From an uncultured Hungatella sp. (lineage in GTDB: Bacteria; Bacillota; Clostridia; Lachnospirales; Lachnospiraceae): a stretch of 64,000 nucleotides of DNA. Positions 47,918 through 57,904 of this stretch are shown piece by piece. The notes beneath the pieces were generated by a model that did not search any database, had not been told where the DNA came from, and saw nothing but the letters and a program-made list of their open reading frames with translations. The DNA lies in the NCBI GenBank assembly GCA_910588505.1, contig CAJUPQ010000001.1:22137-86136 (forward strand), in the 5' to 3' direction. A program made the translations under genes and the position numbers. Position 1 is the first letter of the stretch; every line of letters starts with the position of its first letter.

Positions 47918-49882
47918 TTGAAAGAGGATAAGAACGCATTATATTTTAATCGAATACTGAATTGCCTTCTGAGTGGGGAGACCTATACCATATTGCAGAT
48001 CGCAGCAAATGTGGGATTATCTGAAAAAACAGTCCGTACCAAGATCGACCAGATGAACCGCTGGCTGACGCAGCATGACATGGGCAGGATTGAAAAAAAG
48101 CAGGGAACAGGAATCTGGCTGGAGATGGATGAGAGGCAGTGGAAGAATCTGCAGGCTTATCTGGACCGCGGCCAGAGCCTGGACTCTGCGGTTCAACCGG
48201 ATGACCGCAGAAAACAGGTCATAGGGAAACTTCTGAAATTAAAATCCGGGCAGACGACCACGCTGGCACAGCTGGCAGACAGCCTGTATTTAAGCGCCCC
48301 TACCATAGGCGGGCTCCTTAGAGAAGTTTCCCCCTGGTTTGAGGAACGCTCCTTAAAGATCGCGTCTATACGCAGCAAGGGAGTGTGTCTTGTGGGGGAT
48401 GAATACAATTTTCGAATTGCAATAAAGGATTACATCATAGAACTGATGCCGGAGGTGATGGAGGCCCTTCTGGCCTCCTACGCTCCGGGGATAGATATAT
48501 CCAGGATCCGGCGTATTGTCCTGGAAGCGGAGAATGCCTGGCGTGTCGAGCTGGCTGATACTTCGTTTAAGATGGTGTGGATCATGGCCTGCCTGTCCAT
48601 GGCCCGCAGACGTCTTGGGGATAAGGCCGTATTCTCCACCAGAGAAGAGAATATTGAGCATTACAATGAATATTCATTTGCGGAATCCATTTATCAGAGG
48701 ATTGAACAGGCGTATGAGATAAAGATTTCCGATGATGATACGGTGCTGCTGGCAGTGCTTCTTTTATCTGCCAGGAAACTGAAAAATTTTTCCAGCATAC
48801 AGGATACGGACTATGCCAGACAGTATGACAGGGACCTGGGAAAGTTTGTCAGGCTGGTGATTGAAACCATCGACTCTGTTCTGGATATTGACCTTTCCGA
48901 AGACCAGCTTTTATATGAGAGCCTGCTATTGCACATGCGCTCGGCTATTTTCCGGATGAAGTACTCCACCGCGGTGGGGGACAACATCAGCAAGTATGTG
49001 AAGAGCGAGTACAAGCAGACGTTTCTGGCCACCTGGTCCACCAGCAATCTGTTTGAGGAATACTATGACGTACAGGTGACAGAGGATGAACTGGCGGGCA
49101 TTGCCCTGTATATCCAGGCGGCTATTATCAGGCGGAAGAAGGGAAAACCTCTGACGGCTCTTCTTATAAGCGAAGGCGGGATGGCGGCCAGCCAGCTGAA
49201 TATTGAGCGGCTGAAATACAGTATTTCAGAAATTACGGAGATCCGCGCGGTCAGTTACCATGATTTTAAGTTAAGACAGTACCAGGATGTGGATGTTATC
49301 ATCAATACGTCAGGCAATGAGATTGGGGACGACCGGGTAGTGTCTGTGGGAGAGCGGCTCAACGACCAGGGGATTGAGGCCATCCGGCAGAAGGTGAATC
49401 AAATTTTCTATTTCCGCAAGAAGCCGGAGTTTCATTTCAACAACCTGTGTCATCAGCTGTTTGAGGTGGATCTGTTTCTTTTGAGACCCAAGGTGAGGGA
49501 TAAGGATCAGCTTATCACAATGATGGTAAAGAAACTGGAGGACAAGGGGGACGTAACCCCAGCCTATCTCCAGAGCGTGTTTGACAGGGAGCGGGCCACA
49601 ACTACCAGCATTGGCCGGGGGATTGCCATTCCCCATGGGAATATGGCGGAGGTAAATGAGTCCCGTATCGTGGTGGCCATCCTGGAGGAGCCTATTGTGT
49701 GGCATGACGATATGGTGGATGTGGTATTTCTTCTGGCGGTTAAGATGAACACAAAGTTTGAGATCCGCCGCACCAAGCAGTTTTACAAGGATTTTCTCCA
49801 GCTGACGGACAATGATGAGAATATGGAGGCTATAAAGCGGATGGGTTCCACCCTGGATATTTATCAGTATTTTATTAAGTAG
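47918..49882 (+). CDS. PRD-containing transcriptional regulator (LicR/MtlR/ManR type) with EIIB-like and EIIA domains
   Basis: HTH IAANVGLSEKTVRT, second HTH LADSLYLSAPTI, PRD LLLHMRSAIFR, EIIA IAIPHG. Confidence 0.88.
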   Translation: MKEDKNALYFNRILNCLLSGETYTILQIAANVGLSEKTVRTKIDQMNRWLTQHDMGRIEKKQGTGIWLEMDERQWKNLQAYLDRGQSLDSAVQPDDRRKQVIGKLLKLKSGQTTTLAQLADSLYLSAPTIGGLLREVSPWFEERSLKIASIRSKGVCLVGDEYNFRIAIKDYIIELMPEVMEALLASYAPGIDISRIRRIVLEAENAWRVELADTSFKMVWIMACLSMARRRLGDKAVFSTREENIEHYNEYSFAESIYQRIEQAYEIKISDDDTVLLAVLLLSARKLKNFSSIQDTDYARQYDRDLGKFVRLVIETIDSVLDIDLSEDQLLYESLLLHMRSAIFRMKYSTAVGDNISKYVKSEYKQTFLATWSTSNLFEEYYDVQVTEDELAGIALYIQAAIIRRKKGKPLTALLISEGGMAASQLNIERLKYSISEITEIRAVSYHDFKLRQYQDVDVIINTSGNEIGDDRVVSVGERLNDQGIEAIRQKVNQIFYFRKKPEFHFNNLCHQLFEVDLFLLRPKVRDKDQLITMMVKKLEDKGDVTPAYLQSVFDRERATTTSIGRGIAIPHGNMAEVNESRIVVAILEEPIVWHDDMVDVVFLLAVKMNTKFEIRRTKQFYKDFLQLTDNDENMEAIKRMGSTLDIYQYFIK

Positions 49883-49892
49883 AGGAGAGGGA

Positions 49893-50348
49893 ATGATTAT
49901 GGCGGTTAAAGAGATCCTGGATCGGAGGGTTATAGACCTGGATATGGAGGCAAAGAGCAAGGATGAGGTGATCCGGCATCTGGCAGGGCTTTTGAAGGAC
50001 GCGGGATACATTGACGACCTGGAGGGGTATATCAGGGATGTGTATTTGAGGGAGAGCGAGGGCATCACAGGTATTGGCGGCCATGTGGCGATCCCCCACG
50101 GGAAGTCAGCTTCTGTGGACAAGGTGGGAATCGCGGTGGGAAGAACCAGGGAGATGGTGGAGTGGGAGTCCTATGACGGGGAACCGTCCCAGCTGTTTTT
50201 TCTCTTTGCCGTTCCCGCTGACAGCGACGGGGCCAAGGATCACCTGCGGCTGATCGCGGAGTTAGCGGGAAAGCTGGGCAATGACGCGACTATGACAAAG
50301 CTGCAGACAGCCAGTTCTTATGAGAATCTTGTGGAGGCGTTTTCATAA
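49893..50348 (+). CDS. PTS fructose-family EIIA
   Basis: RESEGITGIGGHVAIPHGKS. Confidence 0.92.
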   Translation: MIMAVKEILDRRVIDLDMEAKSKDEVIRHLAGLLKDAGYIDDLEGYIRDVYLRESEGITGIGGHVAIPHGKSASVDKVGIAVGRTREMVEWESYDGEPSQLFFLFAVPADSDGAKDHLRLIAELAGKLGNDATMTKLQTASSYENLVEAFS

Positions 50349-51499
50349 TGGCGGATGTGTTTTTGGGGCCTGGAAGAATTTTTAGCGGAAGAGGGGCTTT
50401 GGACCTGGCGGCAGATCTCATGGGGAAGCTGGGAAAAAAGGCGCTGGTGGTGACGGACTCAGTGATGGAGAAACTGGGGAATCTGGAGCGGGTAACGGAC
50501 ACGCTGTCTAAAGCCGGTGCAGCCTGGGCGGTGTACACAGGCATTGACGGGGAGCCGGATGACGGGATGATTGAGCGGGGCGTAAAGGTCTACATAGAAG
50601 AAGGGTGTGATTTTCTGGTGGGTCTGGGCGGCGGAAGTCCCATTGATTCCATGAAGGCTATTGCTATGATTGTCAGGTATGGAGGCAGGCCTGGGGATTA
50701 TATGGGGAAGTTGGTGACTGGTGTGCTTCCTCCCATGGTGGCGGTGCCTACTACAGCAGGGACTGGATCGGAGGCGACCCAGTTTACTATTATCACGGAC
50801 CGGACAAGCCAGGTGAAGATGCTGCTGAAAGGGCCTGCTCTTATGCCGGATGTGGCTGTCATTGACCCTCACTTTATGATGACGGTTCCAAGGAGGATTA
50901 CGGCGGCTACAGGGGCAGACGCGTTGACCCATGCTTTGGAGGCCTATACTTCCCGGAGAGCTCAGCCTCTTTCGGATACTTTTGCGCTGTCAGCCTGTGA
51001 CAGGATTTTTCGGTTTTTGAAGAAGGCCTGGGAAGATGGGGAGGATGAGGAAAGCCGGGTCCAGATGTCTCTGGCTGCTTTGGAGGCGGGGATAGCTTTT
51101 AATAATTCGTCGGTAACCATTATCCATGGTATGAGCAGGCCCATAGGGGCTTTGTTCCATGTGCCTCACGGGATTTCTAATGCCATGCTTTTGCAGGTGT
51201 GCCTGGAGTATATTGTGGACGGGGTAGAGGAGCGGTTTGGGGATATCGCGATCAGGTGCGGGTTTGCGGAGGCGGATGAGGGGAAGTCCCAGGCGGCCAG
51301 GAAGGTCCTTAAGGCTGTCAAAAGGCTGCTTGATGATATTGCCATTCCCGGGATCAGGGATTATGGCATCAGCAGAGAACAGTTTTTTGAGAGTATTCCT
51401 AAAATGGCCAGAGACGCCTATGCTTCGGGAAGCCCGTCCAATACCAGGAAGGAGATTACAGTTGAAGTGATGGAAGAGCTTTACAGAAAGCTTTGGTAA
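50348..51499 (+). CDS. Iron-containing alcohol dehydrogenase
   Basis: GGGSPIDSMK, PTTAGTGSE, DALTHALE, HGMS...PHG. Confidence 0.92.
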   Translation: MADVFLGPGRIFSGRGALDLAADLMGKLGKKALVVTDSVMEKLGNLERVTDTLSKAGAAWAVYTGIDGEPDDGMIERGVKVYIEEGCDFLVGLGGGSPIDSMKAIAMIVRYGGRPGDYMGKLVTGVLPPMVAVPTTAGTGSEATQFTIITDRTSQVKMLLKGPALMPDVAVIDPHFMMTVPRRITAATGADALTHALEAYTSRRAQPLSDTFALSACDRIFRFLKKAWEDGEDEESRVQMSLAALEAGIAFNNSSVTIIHGMSRPIGALFHVPHGISNAMLLQVCLEYIVDGVEERFGDIAIRCGFAEADEGKSQAARKVLKAVKRLLDDIAIPGIRDYGISREQFFESIPKMARDAYASGSPSNTRKEITVEVMEELYRKLW

Positions 51500-51522
51500 G
51501 GTCAAAGATGGAGGAAGCAGGC

Positions 51523-52545
51523 ATGAATGGCGTAAGTTTTGATGAGAATAAGAGGTATGATCTGATTTTGCTGGGCAGAGTGGCCATTGATTTTAATCCT
51601 ATGGATTACTATAAGACGCTGGCCGAGAGCGAGACGTTTCGAAAGTATGTAGGGGGATCGCCAGCCAATATTGCTGTGGGGCTTTCCCGTTTGGGAAAAA
51701 AGTGCGGATTTTTTGCAAAGGTGTCCGATGACCGGTTTGGGGAGTATGTGGTAGATTATTTTAAGAATGAGGGCATTGACACTTCCCATATCAGGAAATG
51801 CGAGAACGGGGAGAGTCTGGGGCTGACGTTTACAGAGATTTTAAGCCGGGATGAGAGCAATATTTTGATGTACCGCAATGGTATTGCCGATCTGTCTCTG
51901 TGTCCGGAGGATATTGATGAGGAGTATCTGACCCAGGCAAAGGCGGTCCTGATATCAGGAACAGCTTTGGCTGCCAGCCCGTCGCGGGAGGCGGCGCTTA
52001 AGACGGTGGCTTTGGCCAGAAAGAACGGAGTCAGGATTATTTTTGATATTGATTACCGGGCTTATAACTGGAAGAGTCTGGATGAGATGGCGGCCTACTA
52101 TTTGGCGGTGGCAAGGGACAGCGATATTATCCTGGGGTCCAGACAGGAGTATGACCTGACGGAGAGATTTCTGGGGCTGGACGGCACGGACAAGGCGTCT
52201 GCGGGATATTGGTGTTCCTGTCAGGCGTCGGTTGTGGTGATCAAACATGGCAGGGAAGGATCTGCGGCTTACACAGATGATGGAAAATCCTATTTTATCC
52301 GGCCATTTCCTGTGGATGCGCTGAAGGGATTTGGCGGAGGAGACGGATATGCCTCCAGTTTTCTCTATGGGATTTTTAATGGGATGGATATTCAGGATTG
52401 TCTGGAATTGGGGTCGGCTTCAGCTTCTATGCTGGTGGCGTCCCATGGGTGCAGCGCAGATATGCCTACAGTGGAGAGTCTGCGGGAATTTATCCGGAGG
52501 GAGAAGGAGAGGTTTGGGGAGATGGTGGTCAGAGGGAATGGGTAA
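51523..52545 (+). CDS. iolC: 5-dehydro-2-deoxygluconokinase-like PfkB kinase
   Basis: GRVAIDFNP, YVGGSPANIAVG, FDIDYR, GFGGGDGYAS. Confidence 0.85.
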   Translation: MNGVSFDENKRYDLILLGRVAIDFNPMDYYKTLAESETFRKYVGGSPANIAVGLSRLGKKCGFFAKVSDDRFGEYVVDYFKNEGIDTSHIRKCENGESLGLTFTEILSRDESNILMYRNGIADLSLCPEDIDEEYLTQAKAVLISGTALAASPSREAALKTVALARKNGVRIIFDIDYRAYNWKSLDEMAAYYLAVARDSDIILGSRQEYDLTERFLGLDGTDKASAGYWCSCQASVVVIKHGREGSAAYTDDGKSYFIRPFPVDALKGFGGGDGYASSFLYGIFNGMDIQDCLELGSASASMLVASHGCSADMPTVESLREFIRREKERFGEMVVRGNG

Positions 52546-52579
52546 GGACGGCTGGTTGAAGATATGAAAGGAGCGCGGT

Positions 52580-53596
52580 TTGGTTATGGAGAAACGGGAA
52601 ATAGGAAGGTCCGGGATCATGGCCGGCGGTATCGGCCTGGGAGCCTGGGCCATTGGAGGCGGCCTGTGGTGGGGAGACAATGACGACAGAATGTCCATTG
52701 ACACCATCCATAGGGCGCTGGAGCTGGGGATCAACTGGGTGGATACGGCCAGAGTCTACGGCTTCGGTCACAGCGAGGAAGTGGTGGGGAAAGCTTTAAA
52801 GAAAATTTCCAGAGAGAAAGTGATTTTGTCTACCAAGTGCGGGATTCAGTGGTACGATAAAAACGGAGAGTACCATTTCTCCAGGGAAGGCCATGATGTG
52901 TACAGGGACCCGTCCCCAAAGGCGATCCGCAGGGATCTGGAGCTGAGCTTAAAGACACTGGGCACGGATTACATTGACGTGTATTACACACACTGGCAGT
53001 GTAAAACCTATGGGCTGGTTCCTGTGGCTGAGACTATGGGTGAACTGATGCGTATGAAGGAGGAAGGCAAGATCCGGGCCATCGGCGCATCCAATGTGGA
53101 CCTTAAAGTGCTGAAGGATTACGCGGATGCGGGGCAGCTGGATGTGATTCAGGAGAAGCTGAGCATTCTGGACAGAAAGCCGGAGGTAGAGCTTCTACCC
53201 TTCTGTGAGGAGCACGGGATCTCCCTGCAGACGTATTCGCCTATTGAACAGGGACTTCTGGCGGGAAAAGCTTCGGATGATTATGTGGCAAAGCCCGGGG
53301 AAGTGCGGGACGGCAAGTTCTGGTGGAAAAATGAGAACATCCGGCAGGTTAACCGGATGCTGGCGGGGTGGAAAGATTTGACGGAGAAATATCACTGTAC
53401 CTTGGCCAACCTGTGTGTAAAATGGAACTCCATGGTGTCGCCGCAGATCCATGTGCTGTGCGGGGCGCGGAAGCTAAGTCAGATTGAGGACACCGCAAAA
53501 TCACTTGATATCGGACTTACACAGGAGGATTTTCTGCGGATGAAGGCGGATGCGGATGCGCTTATAAGCAGGTGTACAACAACGCCGTTAGCTTAA
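52580..53596 (+). CDS. Aldo/keto reductase (E. coli YdjG-like)
   Basis: GLGAWAIGGG, DTARVYG, STKCG, YYTHWQ, YSPIEQGLL. Confidence 0.88.
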   Translation: MVMEKREIGRSGIMAGGIGLGAWAIGGGLWWGDNDDRMSIDTIHRALELGINWVDTARVYGFGHSEEVVGKALKKISREKVILSTKCGIQWYDKNGEYHFSREGHDVYRDPSPKAIRRDLELSLKTLGTDYIDVYYTHWQCKTYGLVPVAETMGELMRMKEEGKIRAIGASNVDLKVLKDYADAGQLDVIQEKLSILDRKPEVELLPFCEEHGISLQTYSPIEQGLLAGKASDDYVAKPGEVRDGKFWWKNENIRQVNRMLAGWKDLTEKYHCTLANLCVKWNSMVSPQIHVLCGARKLSQIEDTAKSLDIGLTQEDFLRMKADADALISRCTTTPLA

Positions 53597-53771
53597 AGCT
53601 ACCGCCGACCCGATGGCAGGATTCGCTTAATTAATGACATTGGGTGTACCAGGCAGCGGCCGTATTGCTGGCAGCAGCGGCTTTAGGAAGGGAAAAGGCG
53701 GGACGCCTGTTCGCAGTACGGGAGATAAACGGTAAACAAATTTGCAGCAAAAAGAAAAGGAGAGAAAAGAC

Positions 53772-54446
53772 ATGAAAATAGCAGTTCTGAACGAATTCAG
53801 CCAGGCGCCGAAGAACGGAATCATTGTGAAGGAGTTAAAAGCAGTTGTGGAGCCCATGGGGCATCAGGTGTTTAACGCGGCCATGGAGGCGCCTCTCACA
53901 AACCAGGATGTTCCGGAGGCTTACACAAAGGAAAATCCAAGGCTTACATACCTGCACTTAGGCATCCAGGCAGCCCTTCTTCTCAATTCCGGGGCAGTGG
54001 ATTTTGTGGTGACAGGCTGCGGTACAGGCCAGGGAGCGCTGATGTCCCTGAATATGTATCCCGGAGTTGTGTGCGGATACTGTATTGAGCCTACGGACGC
54101 TTATCTGTTTTTGCAGATCAACAATGGCAACGCGCTGTCCATTCCTTACGCGAAAGGTTTCGGATGGGGCGCGGAGCTGAATCTGAACAACATCTTTACC
54201 AGAGCTTTCGGATCCCCTAAGGGCATGGGATATCCGGACGGCCGCAAGGAGGCCCAGAACCGCAACGCCAATCTGCTGTTTGAGGTGAAAAAGCAGGTGG
54301 CAAAACCATTGATTGAGGCCCTTAAGGCCATTGACCCGGAACTGGTGAAGGGATGCATGATTCCCAGATTCCTGGATTGTTTCTATGCAGGATGTAAGGA
54401 TGATGAGCTGAAAGCCTTTGTAGATGAGGTAGTGAGTACACTGTAG
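53772..54446 (+). CDS. RpiB/LacAB-family isomerase, DhuI-like
   Basis: MKIAVLNEFSQAPKN, LTY, GCGTGQG, AKGFGWGAELNL, GMGYP...QNRNA. Confidence 0.8.
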   Translation: MKIAVLNEFSQAPKNGIIVKELKAVVEPMGHQVFNAAMEAPLTNQDVPEAYTKENPRLTYLHLGIQAALLLNSGAVDFVVTGCGTGQGALMSLNMYPGVVCGYCIEPTDAYLFLQINNGNALSIPYAKGFGWGAELNLNNIFTRAFGSPKGMGYPDGRKEAQNRNANLLFEVKKQVAKPLIEALKAIDPELVKGCMIPRFLDCFYAGCKDDELKAFVDEVVSTL

Positions 54447-54484
54447 GGCGGATATCTGGTAAAATAGAAGGAGATTACAACCAT

Positions 54485-55570
54485 ATGGAAGGAATAAACT
54501 CAATCTATCTGCCCCAGTTTACCATCGGGGAACATGCATTTGAGCAGTTCGGCCCGGAGATGGGCAGATACGGGAAAACCGTGATGATCATTCACGGGGA
54601 GAAGGCGTGGAAGGCTTCCAGGGAGTATGTGCTTCCGGCCATTGAGAAGTCGTCGCTGACAGCGGCCGGGACACTGCTCTACGGTCATGACGCCACCTAT
54701 GAAAACGTGGAGCGGATCATGGCGGATAAGAAAGCCAGGGAGGCGGACATGTTTCTGGCGGTGGGAGGCGGAAAATGTATCGACACGGTGAAGCTGGCAG
54801 CGGACAAGATGGGGAAACCGGTGTTCACCGTGCCCTCTATTGCGTCCAACTGCGCCCCCATTACGAAGATCAGCATCATGTACCATGAGGACGGGTCATT
54901 TTACGATATTCCAAGGCTCAACTGTGTGCCGGCCCACTGCTTTATAGACCCGCGGATCGTGATGGCGGCGCCTGTCCGTTTTCTGCGGGCGGGAATCGGG
55001 GATGCCATGGCAAAGCACATAGAGTCCGCCTGGTCCGCCAAGGGAGGGGAGACTCTGGACTATGGAAGCGAACTGGGAATCACGGCGGGGCGGATGTGTT
55101 TTCTTCCCCTTCTGCGGGACGGGGAGCAGGCCCTTAAGGACGCCCAAGCAGGCGTAGTCAGCGAAGCCCTGGAAAATGCCATACTGAATGTGGTAATTTC
55201 ACCCGGGATTGTCTCTGTCTCCGTTCATCCCCATTATAACGGCGGCGTTGCCCACGCGCTGTTTTATGGTCTTACCAGCAGAAAGCACATTGAGGAAAAT
55301 CATCTTCACGGGGAAGTGGTTTCTTACGGGACGCTGGTAAATCTTCTGCTGGATAAGGATTATGAGAATCTGAAACTGGCCTATAGATTTAACCGCAGGA
55401 CCGGGCTGCCTGTGTGCCTGGGGGATTTGGAGCTTACGAAAGAGGACAGGCTTGAAGATGTGCTGGCAGTGACCATGGCCAACCAGGAGTTGGTCCATAC
55501 ACCCTATCCGGTGACAGGGGAGATGATTTATCAGGCGATACAGGAGCTGGAGGAGTATCGGGAGGAGTGA
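54485..55570 (+). CDS. Glycerol-dehydrogenase-like Fe/Zn-dependent dehydrogenase
   Basis: GGGKCID, PSIASNCAP, AGIGDAMAK, AHA, HGEVVSYG. Confidence 0.85.
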   Translation: MEGINSIYLPQFTIGEHAFEQFGPEMGRYGKTVMIIHGEKAWKASREYVLPAIEKSSLTAAGTLLYGHDATYENVERIMADKKAREADMFLAVGGGKCIDTVKLAADKMGKPVFTVPSIASNCAPITKISIMYHEDGSFYDIPRLNCVPAHCFIDPRIVMAAPVRFLRAGIGDAMAKHIESAWSAKGGETLDYGSELGITAGRMCFLPLLRDGEQALKDAQAGVVSEALENAILNVVISPGIVSVSVHPHYNGGVAHALFYGLTSRKHIEENHLHGEVVSYGTLVNLLLDKDYENLKLAYRFNRRTGLPVCLGDLELTKEDRLEDVLAVTMANQELVHTPYPVTGEMIYQAIQELEEYREE

Positions 55571-55679
55571 TATACTTTCCTGCGGAAATTTCGGTGGAGA
55601 AGGCGTGTGGTGTCTGGGGGATTAAGTCTGTCTGTGAAGCGGCGGTGTGAGTGGTCCTTACATTTAGTTTTGCAGACGG

Positions 55680-55870
55680 ACTTAATTTTCTGTATATTGA
55701 AACCCTTTGTTCTCAATGTACCAGCGCCCCCCCTGCCGGCATCTGCGAATTTTACTGCGTTAAAAAGCATCACTGTAAGGCCTGTCAGCCACTGGAATGT
55801 TAGTATTTTTTCTTTTCCGTCCTTTTGTTTCGTCTCTTTTATTTCCAGTGTCAGAAGCGTAAGCTTCATT
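55680..55870 (-). mobile_element. DDE transposase remnant (IS4-superfamily-like)
   Basis: FQWLT...AGR-[frameshift]-RWYIEN-[frameshift]-KGFNIQK, i.e. a degraded GRxRWxIENxGFNxQK motif. Confidence 0.6.
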
Positions 55871-55890
55871 GAAGTTTGGTAGAAGTCTTC

Positions 55891-55960
55891 TTGACAAAAT
55901 TTCCAGATGACTATATAATTACTATAACTAAGAAAAAACTTTAGTAATAAATCTTAGTTA
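55891..55960 (+). promoter_or_regulatory. Consensus sigma-A promoter with downstream operator-like inverted repeat
   Basis: TTGACA(55891)-17 bp-TATAAT(55914); TAACTAAGA(55925)/TCTTAGTTA(55952) perfect 9 bp inverted repeat. Confidence 0.8.
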
Positions 55961-56008
55961 GCAGCTAAGAAGGGGGTATAGCTTATACAGCATAATCTTT
56001 TAATCGTT

Positions 56009-57328
56009 ATGTCCTTCTCAGGAAGCGTGGTTATGCTTCTTTACCTATTAATTTATTTTTTGGCCAAGGAGCATTTCCTGTTAACATGGAGATACTATGT
56101 ATTGATAACCGCCATAATTTTTTATCTAGTTCCATTTGCATATTACAAATACTACATAATAAGCAACGTATATGCCGCTTTTCCACGCCTGATAGAGAAA
56201 ATCCACCCTATACCCACGCGGCTCAAAAGCCTTAAAACATCGTATTTGATTGTGAGTACCACAGAGGGAATGCAATTCTCGCCGGGATTAAAGCGTCATT
56301 GGCTGCTGCTGCTCATCATGGGAATTCTCTCACTTTGCATTATAGGATCTCAGTTATTTCAGTATTGGAACGGAAAACGTTCATGTTTAAGCCATTCTGC
56401 ACAAATCCTTTCCTCAAAATGGCAGAATGTTCTCAAAAAACTGAAAAATCAATTGGGAGTAAAAAGAAGGGTTCGGCTATACCACAGCGAATTCTGTAAA
56501 TCACCTATGACCACGGGGATATTATTTCCAATCATATTCCTGCCCTTTGAAGATGAAGAAACGTTAAATGAGCGTTCTTGCTATTATATTATAAAGCATG
56601 AACTGCTCCACATAAAACATAATGACTTTCTAATCCAATTTATTGGAATGGTTGTGATTGCAGTTCATTGGTTCAATCCGTTGTCCTACATATTATATTA
56701 TGAACTTACCAGTACTCTGGAAATGCTTTGTGACCGGGCGGTCCTAAAAGGGTGTAGCGAAGAAGAAAGTAAAGAATATAGAACATTGCTCATAAATCTT
56801 GCTACAGACAACAGCCCGGCAAAGAAAAACAGTTTTTTCGTTGGTATTGCAATTCAAAAAAATAAAATAGAACTTAAAAGGAGGCTACTGGAAATGAAAA
56901 CAAACCAAAAACACCGATTTCTTTTATCTATGGCAACTATGGGGCTGATCTTTGCGGCAGGAGGCATAACTGCTTTTGCCTACATCCCTCCTAATACGAT
57001 TACATCTGGTGAGGGGCGGACAGATACCTTTGATTACACTTATATGACAGATGATGAAAAAACAGAAGAGGTCAGCCTGTATATGCCATATGATTATTTT
57101 TTTATTGATGCAGACGGGACTACAATTGAGCTATATGATGATAAATTAACTGAAAAGGTCAGCTGTAACCATCACTATGTTACTGACGGAACCCTACGAG
57201 CCCATAATAAAAACACCGATGGAGGCTGTACTGTAAAAGATTATGAAGCACAAATCTGTTTTGTGTGCGGAGACATAAAGGCTGGTCGGCTCATAGGCAC
57301 TTACATCTATCCTGTATGTCCTCATTAA
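56009..57328 (+). CDS. BlaR1/MecR1-like M56 metallopeptidase sensor lacking the penicillin-binding domain
   Basis: SPMTTG, HELLH, HWFNP, EMLCD, KRRL; Cys/His-rich C-terminal domain. Confidence 0.88.
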   Translation: MSFSGSVVMLLYLLIYFLAKEHFLLTWRYYVLITAIIFYLVPFAYYKYYIISNVYAAFPRLIEKIHPIPTRLKSLKTSYLIVSTTEGMQFSPGLKRHWLLLLIMGILSLCIIGSQLFQYWNGKRSCLSHSAQILSSKWQNVLKKLKNQLGVKRRVRLYHSEFCKSPMTTGILFPIIFLPFEDEETLNERSCYYIIKHELLHIKHNDFLIQFIGMVVIAVHWFNPLSYILYYELTSTLEMLCDRAVLKGCSEEESKEYRTLLINLATDNSPAKKNSFFVGIAIQKNKIELKRRLLEMKTNQKHRFLLSMATMGLIFAAGGITAFAYIPPNTITSGEGRTDTFDYTYMTDDEKTEEVSLYMPYDYFFIDADGTTIELYDDKLTEKVSCNHHYVTDGTLRAHNKNTDGGCTVKDYEAQICFVCGDIKAGRLIGTYIYPVCPH

Positions 57329-57347
57329 TAAGAAGGAGATCCATACT

Positions 57348-57716
57348 ATGAAAAAAAATTATGGCTTAACCAATACAGAAATGCAGATTATGGAATTGCT
57401 GTGGCAGGCAGACGGGCCCGTAACATTTCGGGAAATTATGGATATCTCAGCAACGGAGTGGGGGAAAAGCTGGAAAGTGCAGACCTTAAGCACCTACCTC
57501 ATTACGTTACAAAAAATGGGCTTGGTTGACTCGGAGAGAAGCGGGTGTTCCAATGCATATCAGGCTGTATGTAGCAAAGAAGAGCATATTCATAATTGGA
57601 CCAGAAAATTAGTGGAAACGTGTTTTGATAACTCTTTCAGCCGTTTTGCTCTGGCTTTTGTGGGAAATGGGAAATTATCGAAGGAAGATGCGGAAGAGCT
57701 GAAAAAGTTGCTATAA
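57348..57716 (+). CDS. BlaI/MecI/CopY-family repressor
   Basis: LTNTEMQIMELLW, WKVQTLSTYL..L.KMG, LSKEDAEELKKLL. Confidence 0.92.
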   Translation: MKKNYGLTNTEMQIMELLWQADGPVTFREIMDISATEWGKSWKVQTLSTYLITLQKMGLVDSERSGCSNAYQAVCSKEEHIHNWTRKLVETCFDNSFSRFALAFVGNGKLSKEDAEELKKLL

Positions 57717-57904
57717 GCCTTAAATATTTAGAAGGTGCTTCTAATGGCTAGATGACAGCAAGAAATGGTATCCTACTCCATTTGGCATCTATACGGTCAG
57801 TCTTATAGAGACGATAGTAGAAGAAAGACAAATTAGAAAGGCGAAAGTTAACTAATATGTTTTATGATGTATTGGCATCTTTCGCAGAAAGGCGGATTAT
57901 AGAT

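Noticed and set aside
53634..53735. 33 aa ORF between the reductase and isomerase genes
   Set aside because: No properly spaced RBS and no recognisable motif.
56009..57716. Beta-lactam resistance locus
   Set aside because: There is no penicillin-binding sensor domain and no beta-lactamase or PBP gene in the cassette.
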